A stretch of DNA of 64,000 bases from Moniliella sp. 'wahieum' (Eukaryota): contig RSEE01000075.1 in NCBI GenBank assembly GCA_003971905.1, forward strand, positions 186,001 through 250,000, given 5' to 3'. Below, in pieces: positions 23,246 to 36,589 of this stretch; positions within the stretch are counted from its first letter, which is position 1, and the number at the start of each line of letters is the position of its first letter. The position numbers were made by a program, and so were the translations under genes. The notes under the pieces are model-generated. The model did not search any database. It saw only the letters and a list, made by a program, of their open reading frames with translations, and was not told the DNA's origin.

Positions 23246-24998
23246 GCCACAAGGCCACTCACCGAAATGTCTTGCGTGGGCCAGTAGAACCTGCAACAAG
23301 GCACCGCTGAGCCTTCAAGTTTCACTAGCTTCGAAGCTGATCATCAGCTCCAACCGTACCTGTGGGTCGCGCCGTCTCTCAGATCTCCCGTGTCTATGAG
23401 GCCTGAGGATACAACAATATCTGTACCTAGTATTATAGTACTTGTCACGGTCCTCTTAGCTAATCAGGGGAATCTTCGCACCACTCTTCCCGCCGATCCT
23501 GTTCTCCCTTCTCCCACCAGTGCATCTTTGGCTTCTCTTGGTACTTGGTCTCACTCGTATTCGCCCGACTCTTACAGTACCCACCCCATTAATTCCGCCA
23601 CGGCTTTTGTGACCTTTGCATCTGTTTCCTTCTTCTCCCTCCCATATTCCTCAGTTGTGGGTGCAGGAGACCTGTATAAGAAAGACCCGGAAGCCCATGA
23701 TTGATAAGATGCGATCACAGTAAATCCCCCGTTCGCAAGAAAAACATATATATAGGGAAAATGGAGCGTGCCAGGCATTTATATATTACCACGTACACCG
23801 CAGTAATGTTCCTTAGCCTAATGATAACAGACACGTCACATGTGTTGCTCGTACTTCTAGTAGAATGACTTTGTTGATGGGAAGGTAGGATCATTATAAG
23901 GGTCTCGGGGGGGGGGGGGGGGGGGAATGGAGCCGCCAACAGAGCCGGCAGGCGTGGATGTCTGGGTGCCACTAGAGCCGGCACGCGCGGTGTGGACGCG
24001 CGCTCCACACTCCCCCGTACGCGAGAGAGCGCATCGGGTGTTGCAACCCGCCCTTCCGGCCGGCTGCGTTCGCAGGGGTGGGAAATTTTGACGGCCGGGA
24101 TCGGGTGGTACGGCAGGCCACTACCGCCGGCTTGCTCACTCGCACCCAACGTGTGCGGGGAAGCGCACACGGGTTCTGAGTCGGTGCCGGGATTGCTGGG
24201 TGTGTTCAGAGGTATGTTACGCCTGCAGTACGTTTGCCGTAGGCGCAGCACAGCAGCGGGCGGACCCCTGCGAACCTTTCGCTGCGCATCCGCACTCGGC
24301 CGCCCTGATGCCGGGTAGGGTCCAGTCAAGCCACCGTATTTCGAGAGCATTGCCAATTGATCTGACGCGACCTGCCGCCGGCTTGCCGCACCACTATGTG
24401 ATGTAGATGTGCCCCCAGGCACCGTCCCTGTCCCGTGGAGCAACGCGCAAGTAACGAGTGCCATCCTGTAGCGTGCGTGCAACGCCCCCCTTTCGATATC
24501 TCCGCGGGTCCTGCAGACTCCCTTCCAGGTCTGCAACTGTATGGACAAAAAGCCCCGAAGAGGGATCATCGATCATCCGTGCGTCAGTAGTGCCGGTGGG
24601 GCTTTGGTGCTGTCCTGCACTTTTCCCCGCAATAAACCTTCATCTCATCATGCATTTTTGCATTAGACCGGGTATACCATTGGCGCGACTGAGATGCCCT
24701 GGCCGTGTGGTGCATCGCTGACGATGCCGGAGCGTAGATGTGGCAATGCTACTTCCAGGTGGGATGGATGAGATCGATGAGTATATCTATATGGTCGCTC
24801 TGTAACGAGCCTTCTGCTCATCAGGCGGTGAGTAATGAAAAGTTAAGGTGAGATCACTAGTCCGGTGGGCGGTTCCACCAGCCGCCCTCTGCGGGATACA
24901 CGCATATATATATCTCTTTCTGCCCGATAAAGGCCTCGTCCACCCTTCCAATTTTGCTATCTTCGCCTCTTCCACCTCCAACACTCACTACTCTGTCC

Positions 24999-26514
24999 AT
25001 GACCTCCGCACACACAGTGGCGGATCCCAATTCCCTGGACGGAAAGTCTTCCGTTTTGCATCCGCCTGGCCAACAACTGCGAGTAAGTGGGCATTGTCTC
25101 CAGATTGGGGTAGTGTGCGAGAACCTAACACTCCATGTCCAGCAGTACGATGGTGGAGGATCTTAATGTCGGGGTTGGGCGCGGGCAGTGAGCAGCGCTA
25201 GTTCTGACAAGACATGGTCTCCCATGCATCGTCCAGCAAACAATTGGACAATGGCAACAAACAGGGCTTACGCTCACCAAAAAGTCCCATGCTAAGAAAC
25301 GAAGCCAGGACACATCAAGCGGCCTCCCAACGCATTATGCTTTTCCGTTCCTGGTTCCTCAAGTCAGATGAGCTGCCCAAGGTCACCCAAATGAGCGAAG
25401 CATCGCAGATCCTCGGTGCGGTTTGGCACAATCTACCAGCCCCCGAGCGACGCGAGTGGCATGCTCGGTCGGACGAAAAGACGAGGGAACACGCGCGAAT
25501 GTACCCAAATCGACGGAAGTCTACGCTGCCCAAAACCTCACGCGCTTCGGGCAACATGTCATCACCAGGGAAGCCGGATGGGGCGGAGAACGGCCCACCA
25601 GGTGTTCCCCCCAACGCATCCCTAGAGACGCGAACTCTGGCTTACGTCGCTTTGGTTCTTCGCGAACTAGAGCACGATGGGGCCGCCTTGGAGAAGGTCA
25701 GGCAAGCACGGGGAGAAACTCGACGAATGCGCCGTGCACGTTTGGAAGGGTCAGTCGAGGACATCGCCCGGCTCGAGGCGCGGCAGCGCAACCGTATTGC
25801 TCGACGCCAAAAGAAGCAACAGGAGAATGAAAAGGAGAAGGTTACGCCTTCATCCCTGCCTCTGGCGCAACCGATTCCGGCCTCTGTCGATCCACGTCTA
25901 ACCCCCAGGGTCATCATGGGCAGATTCTCCCGCCTTGCCTTCACCCATTGTCACTTCCATTCTCTTCGGAGCCCACTCCTATTACGGAAAATTCCCCTAT
26001 ACCTTCCTTGCCACCGCCAATGGTCTTTCCCAACACTCTGCCGCCCATCCCAGAGCCCGCGCCCACTTCCATCATGGATCCTTTTTATCCTCTCCTTCCG
26101 GATCCCACTGCACTGGCTCCGAACTCCATGCCGTCCCTGTCATCCACGCAGGTGATAGGCAACGAAACAGGACCTGGATTCAGCCCAGGCCACTCCATAC
26201 CCATCACTCTATCATTCCCTCCTGATATCACTGTTGGAGATACTGCATTTGCAGATATGCTACGTGACTGTGGGGCGAGTCTTGTCTTTACGCCGGATTT
26301 GCAGACCGTACAAAACCCCAACCCACTCCCCGGCTTCACGTCTTCAACCATGTTGAATACCAACACCATTGACCCGCCAACACAGGAGGTCAATGTCATC
26401 AACAACCCCCTCTTCTGGGTTGGCTGGTCCTTTTATGGTGAGGATCCCACCGTCGCGCCGGAGCTGGAAGACAATGACCCGCTCCGAGAAATCATGTCTC
26501 TGGCACCGTATTAG
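24999..26514 (+). CDS. HMG-box transcription factor (MATA/SOX-TCF type), spliced/frameshifted
   Basis: Correcting one indel near 25336 gives GHIKRPPNA(F)MLFRSWFLKS..QMSEASQILGAVWHNLPAPERREWHARSDEKTREHARMYPN. Donor GTAAGT at ~25083. Pro/Ser-rich tail ORF 25948-26514. Confidence 0.75.
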
Positions 26515-29500
26515 GTTCCTGTCCCTCTTTCCTCCTGCTCCCTCCCCCTTTTATCATCCAAGCGGGGGTTGGGCTTAAAACCTAGGCGGACTCATCCTAT
26601 TCTTCCTTGGCCAATTCTCCATCATATCGCCTAGTCATCCCTGGCAGCGTATCTACCGTTCTTTCCTCTAACTTCTTGCGTGGTTTATATACTTGCCTGT
26701 GTGGTGCTTTTTGCATTGATTCTTGTTTGAATATAAGTTTCCTCTTTCTTACGCGCTTTCTTTATGCTCTCTGCATCTTCAACGATTGTACGAGCTCCAG
26801 TTCTCACTCCTTGAAGGTCGTATCATAATACCAACACTCACCCTCTATACGATGGATTCAACGTCCCCATCCCCCATATGGCCACGCATTCTCTTTCCCA
26901 ACAGAAGCCTTTGTTGATACTGATATCTCTCTCATATTTGTTGCTTTTTTCATATAAAAGCAGAAGGGGCGATTCTTGCTGTATATTAGCAACAGAGATC
27001 CCTATACTGTGAGCGTTCCAAACGAAACGAAGGACAAGGCGGCGGCGGGGGATGTGTAGAATGTCAGGCCTGTCAGGCTTGAATTGTGAGGAACTTCGAG
27101 CTCTCGCAACGTGCTGAACGCGTTCAGATCTACATATATATCCGTGCGGGGCCTGTGGCGCCCTTCCTCGACGGCGTAACAACCGCCTCTCAGCTTTTCC
27201 CAAGACCGGTTGGTGAGAACTGCGCACAGAAAAAGCGCCATCCTCAAATCGTCCCTGATGCTCTCTTCGGTGTGGGGCGGCACAGGGCGGTATACGCTGC
27301 GGCACCCGTCGTCTCTCCAAAACCAAAATGTCTCGCTGGTCCCATGGTCACATGGCACATGTAAGATCTAGGACCGACGATGGCCCGAGCGCTCAACGCG
27401 CTCAGCGCTCATGCGCTGTGTGCAACACAGTAACGTGTTACTAAAAACACTTGTATAGTACTTTTATACGCAACACATGTCATGCATGTCTTCACATGTC
27501 ACAGATCTTAATGAGAGCTTACGTGCTTGATGCTTGCGTGTGTTGGTATCATACACTAACATAAATCATTCTCTTCGTTTGATCTCGATTCCCGTTTCGA
27601 TCACCACGGCTCTTACAGATCCCCGGCGTTGCTGTGCCTCTCTGACCAGATGTCAGCGCCATCATGCATGCAGCTGATCACGCATCACGCATCGCGCTGT
27701 TCTATCCGACTCTCCCCTATGTTCTGCCCCTAATGGGCTCCTCTCTTGGAATAGATCCATCACCTCCTCTCTCTCTTCTTCTCTCCGTAGGCCTTTGTCC
27801 TCGTATTAACACCAGATAACACCATCCAGCCAGCCCTGTTAAGCGCCGGAGCGCGCGGCGTGGGTCCTAGCGATCTGGATTAGAGTTCCTACTTCGGATT
27901 TTCGGCACACAGCTATAATATAAGGATCACTCATCGACATCAGTCTCTCTTTCGATATACAGTTCCTAAATCAAAGTACTAATTGCACTGCATATCCATA
28001 CAGGGACGGACCGGAAGTAACCCTTGGCGGTTCAGTTCAGCTCAGCCGCTCAGCGCGCTCACCCCTCGCCCCGCTCGTCTCAATTTCATATTCACAGAAG
28101 CGCGAGCGGGGAGTAGGATGAAAACGTATGTTGATGAACGTGTGTGGTGAACTGTTGTTTATACAAGCGATGATGGACGATGATGGACGATCGAGATGAG
28201 AGTGCCATCCAGCCTTTCAGGCCTCGGCCGCTGACCGCTGACCGCTGAAAGCAATTTCCAACAAGACCCTTCAACCTGAAATATATATCTGACGGATGGG
28301 TACTATCCGCTGGCCACTGTTACCATCAGTTTCTTGGGGATATTATTGGGCACAAGTAGTAGTAGTATGCGCGTGTTACTGTACTGTGGGTATGCATGGG
28401 AGTCTCGTCCAAATACCCCGAAGTGCGATTAGTTATCGTTGTTTGCAGTCCGCAATATTCGTTTGGTGTTCCGGACGAGAGTAAAGTGAGCAACCGCGCA
28501 TCATATCCTGGAGAAAGCGTAGATATATAGTACTTCTTAGTAGGCTTATCCATGTGACAAGAAGGTCTCTCCCTTCTCACTGAAGCCGTCGCTTCGACGA
28601 ACCTGGTGACTTTGTATGCAGAGAGGAAGGGGTCATCATCAATCCCCCTTTTAGTACCAACTACCACCCCCCCGCTTCCACACAATACATATGGTACCGA
28701 GAACGAAGCATGTGTGGGCGCAAAAGTATGTGCTACGACTTTCCATTTCTTTCTCGCCCTTCCACCTTCTACCACACCCTTACGAATTTACATCTCACGT
28801 CGATTACACTGCAAGCCTCAGTTACTCTCAGGAGCGCTTGCTCTTCTTTAGAACTCCATCTGACTCCGCCTACTACAACACGTCGAGTGTGGTAACGCCA
28901 CCGGGAAAAACATTACCCGGGAGCTCCGGGACTCCTTCAAAGTAGTGTCTGACGACCTATGTATACGCGGCTCCTGCCTTAGAGGGTCTGAGCTACAGCC
29001 CTTGCACGCAGATAGCCACCCAAACTAGAGGGCCTCTCCCTTGCCTTATACCCACTCGGTTCAACCAGGATCTGAAGCAGGACCTAATAAGGTACATGGC
29101 TCCGATTGGCCGTCCAAGGGTTTGTGCCCCTAAACTATAGGGCTGGGTCGCACCCGGGCCCCCATGGCACACTCCGGGGACCTTGTTTTAAATATCGGCA
29201 TTCTGTGAGATAGTCCTTTTGCTTTTGCCAACACGTCATCCACCAGATGATTCTCACATGAATCCAGTCACGGTACCTATATAGATGCCTAACCGTCGGT
29301 AATCTACGCGGAGAGATCTCGTCCGTATCCAGTTTCTCTGTTACGCAAATAGTCATGCCAATCTTGGTGCAAGAATGCGCATGCCGTCCGGGACCGTCAG
29401 AACCGTTACAATAAACAACCATGGTCTCGCGGTTCATTCTCAGCGCTGGATAAGGTGAACCATGCAGCGATGAACTATGGAACTGCGAAGTGTGGAACAA

Positions 29501-29693
29501 GCTCAAGGATCGACATGACGGCATTTGAACCAGACTCAGGCCAGGCCATAGACCTGATAGTCTCATTTAGGACATCCATGGTAGGTGAGAATGTCCATTA
29601 GTCCATCCCGGTATACAGACAGGACGTGGAGGGAGAACTTTTCCTTGACGCGAACGGGTGATGCCATCCATGGCAGTCAAACGCTGCCTTCCC

Positions 29694-30634
29694 TCAGATT
29701 TCCCCGTACAGTTCCGTGCGCCGCTGCGACCACAATGGCATCTCCGCCCGTGTGGAAGCCAAATGGCTCAGATCAATGTTGGCCAGGCAAAAGGCTGGGG
29801 CGGCAGGGGGCATGTCGGAACATTGGGCCATCACCGTGCCAAAGGGATCGATGGCCATCGCATGACCCCACGAGGTCCGAGCCGTGCCTTCATGTTGCCC
29901 TACACAACGCCACACCCCACATGTTCAGTGTTTATCCAAGTGGGTGGGAAATCAAGAGGGAAAGGGGGGACGCACCTACTTGCGCAGCAGCCAGGACGTA
30001 GCACTGCGTCTCAACCGCCCGTGCACGCAGTAACAGCTCCCAATGGGCTGCACCCGTGCGAACAGTAAATGCCGAAGGGTAGGTCAGTATCTCGGCCCCC
30101 TTGCGTCGGAGGTAGATGGAGGACTCGGGGAAACGCAGGTCGTAGCAGGTCAAAGGTCCAACTGCCCCACCGGGGATTGTACACCTCGGGCATTTCGCTT
30201 CCTGGGATGGTGGTATTGGACTCCAATATGGTCAGTCCGCCTGCAATGTCCACGTCGAACAAGTGCAATTTGCGGTACCGCTGCAACTCTTTCCCATCGG
30301 GCCCAAGCAGCAGCTGGGTATTGTAGCACCGCGCTTGCGCCGCCTCAGTCCTGGCCACGCTGTCTGGGTCGACTGGTGGCTCATGGATACCGACGGATAC
30401 AAACACCTTATGAGCCAGCGCTGCATCACGCATTGCTTGGACAAAAGAAACGTTGGCGTGGGACCGAGCCAGGGCTGGAACTGCCGTGGCGGGCGCGATG
30501 AAATCGGTAGCCTCGGGGAGAAAGACGGCCTTGGCGCCGGCTTGCGACGCACGCTGGATCAGCCCCACAGCCGCGGACGCATTGAGGGCCACATTGCCCC
30601 CGCTGTTCATCTGACACACAGCAGCCAACACCAT
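29694..30634 (-). CDS. NIT2: Nitrilase-family carbon-nitrogen hydrolase (yeast Nit2/mammalian Nit1-like, probable deaminated glutathione amidase)
   Basis: [84 protein letters not shown] triad present. Confidence 0.9.
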
Positions 30635-30979
30635 ACTGGGATCGATGGTGCCCGTGGAGAGACGCTCAACGAGTGGTGGGGCAATGTAGGAGCTGGCTAT
30701 CTGTCCGCGGGGAACCCACCACACGGACCCCTCCAGACCCATCAAGCAGATAAGCGCTGAGCGATGGCCGGTGGCCGATCGATGATTGTATCAGCAACAT
30801 TTCAAACCAGCTGCTGCCGAGCCCCCGCACATGCTGGAAACGTTCACATTTGGTCGTGGGCGACGTTCAAATTGCTGCGGCCAACCCTAGGATATACGCA
30901 ACCCTACTTTCTTTCGTCGCGCAGGTGGTGGTTTGCGCTCACGGTAGCCTCCTAGGCCAGGCAGACAACACGATCCAAG

Positions 30980-31599
30980 ATGGCTACGGTGCAGACGATC
31001 CCCAAGGAGGGCGCTGCTGTTGCCGCCCCCAAGGGCGCGGTCCTGCTGTTTGGCAAGTACGACGTGCAGGATGTGGAGGTGAAGGACTGTCGCTCCAAGA
31101 CTACATCTCGCTCCGCAACGCGGTCTACGTGCCGCACACTGCTGGCCGGTACGCCAGCAAGGCCTTTAAGAAGGCGTCGATGCCGATTGTTGAGCGTCTG
31201 GTCGATGCGCTGATGATGAACGGTCGCAACAACGGCAAGAAGCTCATGGCTGTGCGCATTGTCGCCCACGCGTTCGAGATCATCTCGCTCTTGACGGACC
31301 AGAACCCGATCCAGGTGTTGGTGGACGCGATCATTAACACGGGCCCTCGTGAGGACTCGACCCGGATCGGCTCTGGCGGCACGGTCCGCCGCCAGGCTGT
31401 CGACGTGTCGCCGCTCCGCCGCGTCAACCAGGCCATCTCTCTCTTGACGATTGGCACGCGCGAGTCTGCATTCCGCAACGTCAAGTCTATCTCGGAGTGC
31501 CTTGCGGACGAGCTGATCAACGCCGCCAAGGGATCCTCCAACTCGTACGCCATTAAGAAGAAGGACGAGCTGGAGCGTGTGGCCAAGAGCAACCGTTAA
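30980..31599 (+). CDS. RPS5: 40S ribosomal protein S5 (uS7); one consensus frameshift near 31088
   Basis: [71 protein letters not shown]. Confidence 0.98.
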
Positions 31600-33157
31600 T
31601 GCCCTCAAGTAATATACCACACGAGGTGGCGGGAGCGCCAATGCCTCCCCGTAATCGCTTGTTGATCCTGGCTACGCTTCCACCCCACCGGGGTGCCTGC
31701 TGCTTGCATTCGCTGCGCCTGCCCTGCTTGTTCCCATAGTGCATCCGGGAGCACGGCGGGCTCCATGTCCCCTGACCTTAGGCACCCACTGGCGCCACCG
31801 GCAGTTTGTTTGTGTACTGTACCCCCACCCTGTGTACCTGCTCCTGGTACGCCTGATGCAAAAAAACCCCTTTGGAACGCATACTCTCGGACTACGTAGC
31901 CTCCCCTTGGAGAAAATAGGGAAAAGGCATTATATTGGTCGCTTGGCATATTACCTGCCCTGTGTGCGTGCATGAAGCAGATGTGCTAGTGTTAAGACGG
32001 GGGGTTCCACTTGATGAGCATTTCAAAGCGAGGGATGTAAGTCTTCAAAGTTCCTCCCAGTCTCCCCAATCTTGCGCCAGCATTCTCAGCCTCCTCAGCG
32101 CTGCACTCACTGAGGAACCCAGCAGGGGCAGGCAGTGTTCATTTGCAATGTGGACGATACTCTACTTGGATGCCTGATGCCTGGCGATAGCGACTGCAGG
32201 AGGACTAGGTACCTCGAGCACCTCGGAGACAGGAAACACCGAGGGCAACGGAATATGAATTGCGAGCCAGCTCCTGGTTGCTCTGGGTTAGGGGGACCAG
32301 GGACAGGGGTGGGCGGTGGGTAAGCGGGGAGATCGCCGGTGATCTTTTCCAGGACTAGTGGGCGCTGGTGAGAGTGTCGCGAGTGCCTGTGACATGTGCA
32401 TGTGAGCGATGCAGTGTGCGACACGCTACAGTTGGGCCGAGCAGAGGCAGGCAGAGGCCGCCACTGCCGCTGGAACATATATATGTACGGCAATGAGAAG
32501 CAGCTCAGGAAGCCTGAAGTAGCGCGGTGTGAGTGGCCTGGTGCGACCTGGGTACGTCGTGCATTTTGCCTTCTAGCTTTGGATCGAGAAGGATTAGGCA
32601 CACTGCCCCTGTGCGAACGCCTCTTTCAGCCACGTTTGCCACCCGGCTGCGTTGGTAGCCGGTTGCCCTGGGTGGCCCTGGATGGCCAGGCAGCAGCAGG
32701 CCAGTGTCTGCGACATTGAATATTGAGCATTACTCGGTAGCGCTCCATAGTCCATGTTCTGAGGGCCGGCACAGTGCCAGTGCCCGGAAGCTTCTTCCCG
32801 CGCAAGCCACTGCAGCAGTGTCCGCCGTATTTGCCCGTGCAGGGGAAACGTAAAATTACGCATGCAGCGTGGGGCCTGAGGCAGCCCAAGGAACCGTCCC
32901 GGTCACCCGGCCGTTCTGCAGCGCTAACGCTGAGACGCTGCGGCTCAGCACTACCAGGCACCCCCTTCTTCCTCGCATGGGGCCAGTCGCGGCAGCGCGC
33001 TTGCCCAGTCCAGCCGTACCTGCCCATATACTCAGAGTCTCAATCCAAGTCCAACCCAGTCCTCACACAACCTGGTACCGCACCCCCTGTCCTTGTGCGC
33101 CCTGCTGTGCGCTCCACACACCCCGCTTGCTCCCTCTCGCCTCCCCACCACCATCCC

Positions 33158-34960
33158 ATGGCGTACCGGGAAAGCGGCCCGTCGGTCCTGTGGGGACTCA
33201 ACCAGTTCCTGCCTGACCAGGACGGCTCGCGCTCCCAGCCGCCGACGAGCCAGGCGCTTGCTCCCAACCCGTCTGCTGCCCACACTGCCGCCGCCAGGGG
33301 CGCCACGCTTCACGCGTCGGCTCCCAGCCCCACTTCATTCCACTCGACGCCTTGTCGCCTGACACGGCCCACTTCACTGACCAGCTCGCTCTCTGGACCA
33401 ATGCTTCGTTCTCCTTCGATGGCCCCACCGGCCATGCCCTGATGGCCGACGAGGACAAGGAAAAGGAAAAAGACCAAGGAGGAAAAAGGGGGGACAATGC
33501 TACCGTCTCCCCCCTCTCTCTCCCCCTTCCATTGGCCCCGACCAGGAGGGCTGTGGTGAACGGGAGCTTCGCTTGGACCGTGCGCGCGCGCGATACAGCC
33601 ACGCCCCCCGCCGCGTCCTGAGCAGCCTGCGTCTGACCCCTTACTCCTCCGTCGGCACCAGCGACGGAGCGCGCACCAGCCGGAAACCGGACAATGGCAC
33701 CAGGTGCTTAGCAACTTTTCCGGGTCATCGGTGGGCTCAAACGGTGCCTCTCCGCAGCCTGCTCCTTCCCAGTCGTCTCAGACAACCGCACCTCACGTCC
33801 TGCAACAGCAACTCCTCTCGGCCCTGGGAGTCAACCCGCTTGCGCTCCTTCCGTTGAGCCAGCTTCTCTCCTCCCTGGGTGCGTTGGGGGGATTGACCAA
33901 TCTGTCTGGTTTGGGCGGGCTGAACCAACTGGGTGGGTTGGGCGCATTGGGCGGACTTGAGAACCTGCCCGCCTTGCAGAATCTTCAAGTCTTGCTGGGC
34001 TTGTTGGTCAAGAACATCAAGGCCAGCCCATTGGCCATCCAGCTGCCCAAGGGCAGGCGCCGCCACCCCAAACTCAGGCTCAGACCCAGGCCCAGCCTCT
34101 GCTGTCCCTTGTCCAAACACTGCAAGGGATGCAACAGCCCCCGCCCGTGCCTCCGGCGCAGCTGGTAAGCCATTGCAGCCACCGGTTCAGCCGACAAGCC
34201 CAGGTCTGGGCCTGCAGGCACCCGGTCCGCACCCCTCTCCCCTTGTGCACCAACCGACGCCCAAACCAAGATTGGCTGCAACAAATGTGCGTACATCCTG
34301 CAGCCAACGTCGGCGGCTGCGCCGGTGGCTGCCGCCCCCACGGGTCCGGCTTGCACTCTCACCTCACCCCCTGCCTCGGTCCTGGCTACCTCAGGCCCAC
34401 CAGCGCACGGACCAGCTTCGGTCCTGGACCCACCCCCAGCTGCTCCAGCCAGCTCGGCCCACGGACCTAGCCCAGCCCAGTCCGCGCCCCCGCCCCCTGG
34501 ACCGGCCCCCAAGAAAAAGCGGGGCACGTCCCGAGCCAGTGTGGCGAGTAAGCCTACCTCTCCAAAGAGCGGGGACCTGCCTCCGGTGCTAGGCAAACGA
34601 GGGAGCCAAGGAAGCGCAAGCGGCAGTACGGCGCCCACCGTGCCGACATTGATTCCTCTACCATCCCGCCGCTTGTGCTGGTTGACACGGGCAATCCCGA
34701 GGCCGATGCGGAAGCCAACCGACTTGCGATCGAGGAGGACAAACGGCGGCGCAACACGGCGGCCAGCGCGCGATTCCGGTTCAAGAAGAAGCAGCGCGAG
34801 GCGGCGCTCGAGGCGGACCACAAAGAGCTGCGCGACCGGGTGGAGGAGTGAGGTGGAGAATGCCAAGTTGCACACGGAGAATGGCTGGGCTGCGCGCCTT
34901 CTTCACGGAATCCAACCTGCCCAGGCCAGGGCCCACTCTCTACCCCGCCCAGCTTGGTGA
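33158..34960 (+). CDS. bZIP transcription factor, MetR/CYS-3-like sulfur regulator (3' end approximate)
   Basis: 34723-34812 translates LAIEEDKRRRNTAASARFRFKKKQREAALE. N-terminal FTDQLALWTNASFSFD motif. Confidence 0.8.
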
Positions 34961-35054
34961 TGGAGAACCCGTCGGCTGCGCCCGCTCCCGATTGGTACGG
35001 CACGCCCTTACACAGCGTGCCTCGCCCTCCGTTTGCTCCCCCTGAGCCCAGCGC

Positions 35055-35436
35055 ATTCACCCGCCCCACCCCAAGCGCACCCGGGAGGACTGATTTGACT
35101 GCCCGTCCTTTCCTTCCGTTCTCTCCCCCCCCCCCGCTCCCCTCTTTTCCCCCTCTTGCATCATGAGCTCATGCCCACTCCAGTCGGTACTCCAACGGAC
35201 CGACTGAAGCGATACCCCACCCTCAACAGGCGGGTTCTGAGCGAATTCACCCGCGCCAGCCACATGCGCACCCGGAGGACTGATTTGACTACCCGTCCTT
35301 CCATTCTCTCTCTTTCTCCCCCCCCGACCCCTTCCTCTCTTTCCCCCCTCTGCATCATGAGCTCATGCCCCACTCCAGTTCGGTACTCCAACGGACCGAC
35401 TGAAGCGATACCCCACCCTCCAACAGGCGGGTTCTG
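35055..35436. repeat. ~190-bp imperfect tandem duplication
   Basis: ATTCACCCGC..GGAGGACTGATTTGACT..TGCATCATGAGCTCATGCCC..ACGGACCGACTGAAGCGATACCCCACCCTC..AACAGGCGGGTTCTG occurs twice. Confidence 0.9.
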
Positions 35437-36589
35437 CTTTGTGACTGCGATCACGGTCTTGTTTTGCTTCCCGCTCCCATGCCGCTGCCAGTGGTCCTTT
35501 CCCTGTGCTGGCTTGAGAGTGCAATGGAATAATTAGAATCAAAGTACCACTATGAGCACGGCCGTGTGCTGGGGAGGACGGCAAGCGGCTAAAGGGTTGT
35601 TGATTGGTAGCTACTATGGAGGGAAAGGACGAGGAAAACTACGACGGGGGTGCTATGAGACCAGTACTTGGGTGAGGAAAGGAATAACCAGATTGATTCA
35701 ACCGATCCGGGGGAAGAATTGTTCCTCGCAGAACTACGATCCATACCTAGAAGAGGGCATGGGATAACTCATACCGCAAGTCAACGTGGGGGAAGGAGCT
35801 TCCAACCCTGCGCCCTGACCGGCGGGATAGGGTCATCAGGGTGGGCTGCCCCCTCCCTCCAAAGAGAGAAGAGGGCAAAAGAAGCCTCCGTCCCACGCCG
35901 TTCTTCTTCCACGATCGTAACAGCCAGAGGACCATTGAGGGAACAAAAAATGCCCCGATCCAAAGCTTGACATGATGGGTGGGGATAGGGAACTGACAAG
36001 AAAAGAAGAGAGATAGAAGGAGCCGAGTGCCTACGCACGAGGCAAGAGCAGAGGAGGCAAAGGGGACAGAGATGGATGAGAGTCCATTGTTAGTATGTTG
36101 TCTTGGCATGCGCACTGAGGGCTGAGGTCGGAGGGCAAGAAAGGTGAGGTGGATAAGGAAGAGCGGCGGGATGGAGGAAAGAGAAAGAAAATTCCTGTTG
36201 CGGGAAAAGATAAATAGGCTACCCTGGCCATTCCGCTGGCGGAATGCGAAAAAGTGGAGTTTGCGACTCAGCATCCCAGCGGCGGAGCCTTTCTTAAAAC
36301 ATTTCATCACTGGAACCATCTTCTCTTTGGGGTCAGCTTGACCGCTGAGACGCTGAGGCCTGCTCTGGCGCTCAGGGCTGGCTAAGACGCAGCCGGTCTC
36401 TCGGACTGCCTCGCCTCCACTTTCCAACCAGACGGAATCGAAGCGCGCCCCTGAGGTTCAGGACGTTCAGGACGCGGGCCCCCCTCAGGCGAGGCGACGG
36501 GCTCAAGAAGTAGGCTGTGGCCGGCGGCTATCTTGGCGGGCAAGGGAGAGACGGGGCCTAGACATACATTGCACGGGCAGCCAGTCGTC

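Noticed and set aside
27840..27871. Hairpin CGCCG..CGGCG followed by CTAG (Helitron 3' end?)
   Set aside because: Not followed by T, the stem is short, and no RepHel sequence or 5' end was found.
35055..35436. 190-bp tandem duplication as a biological element
   Set aside because: Copies differ mostly by homopolymer indels, which is typical of a long-read consensus join artefact. Needs read support.
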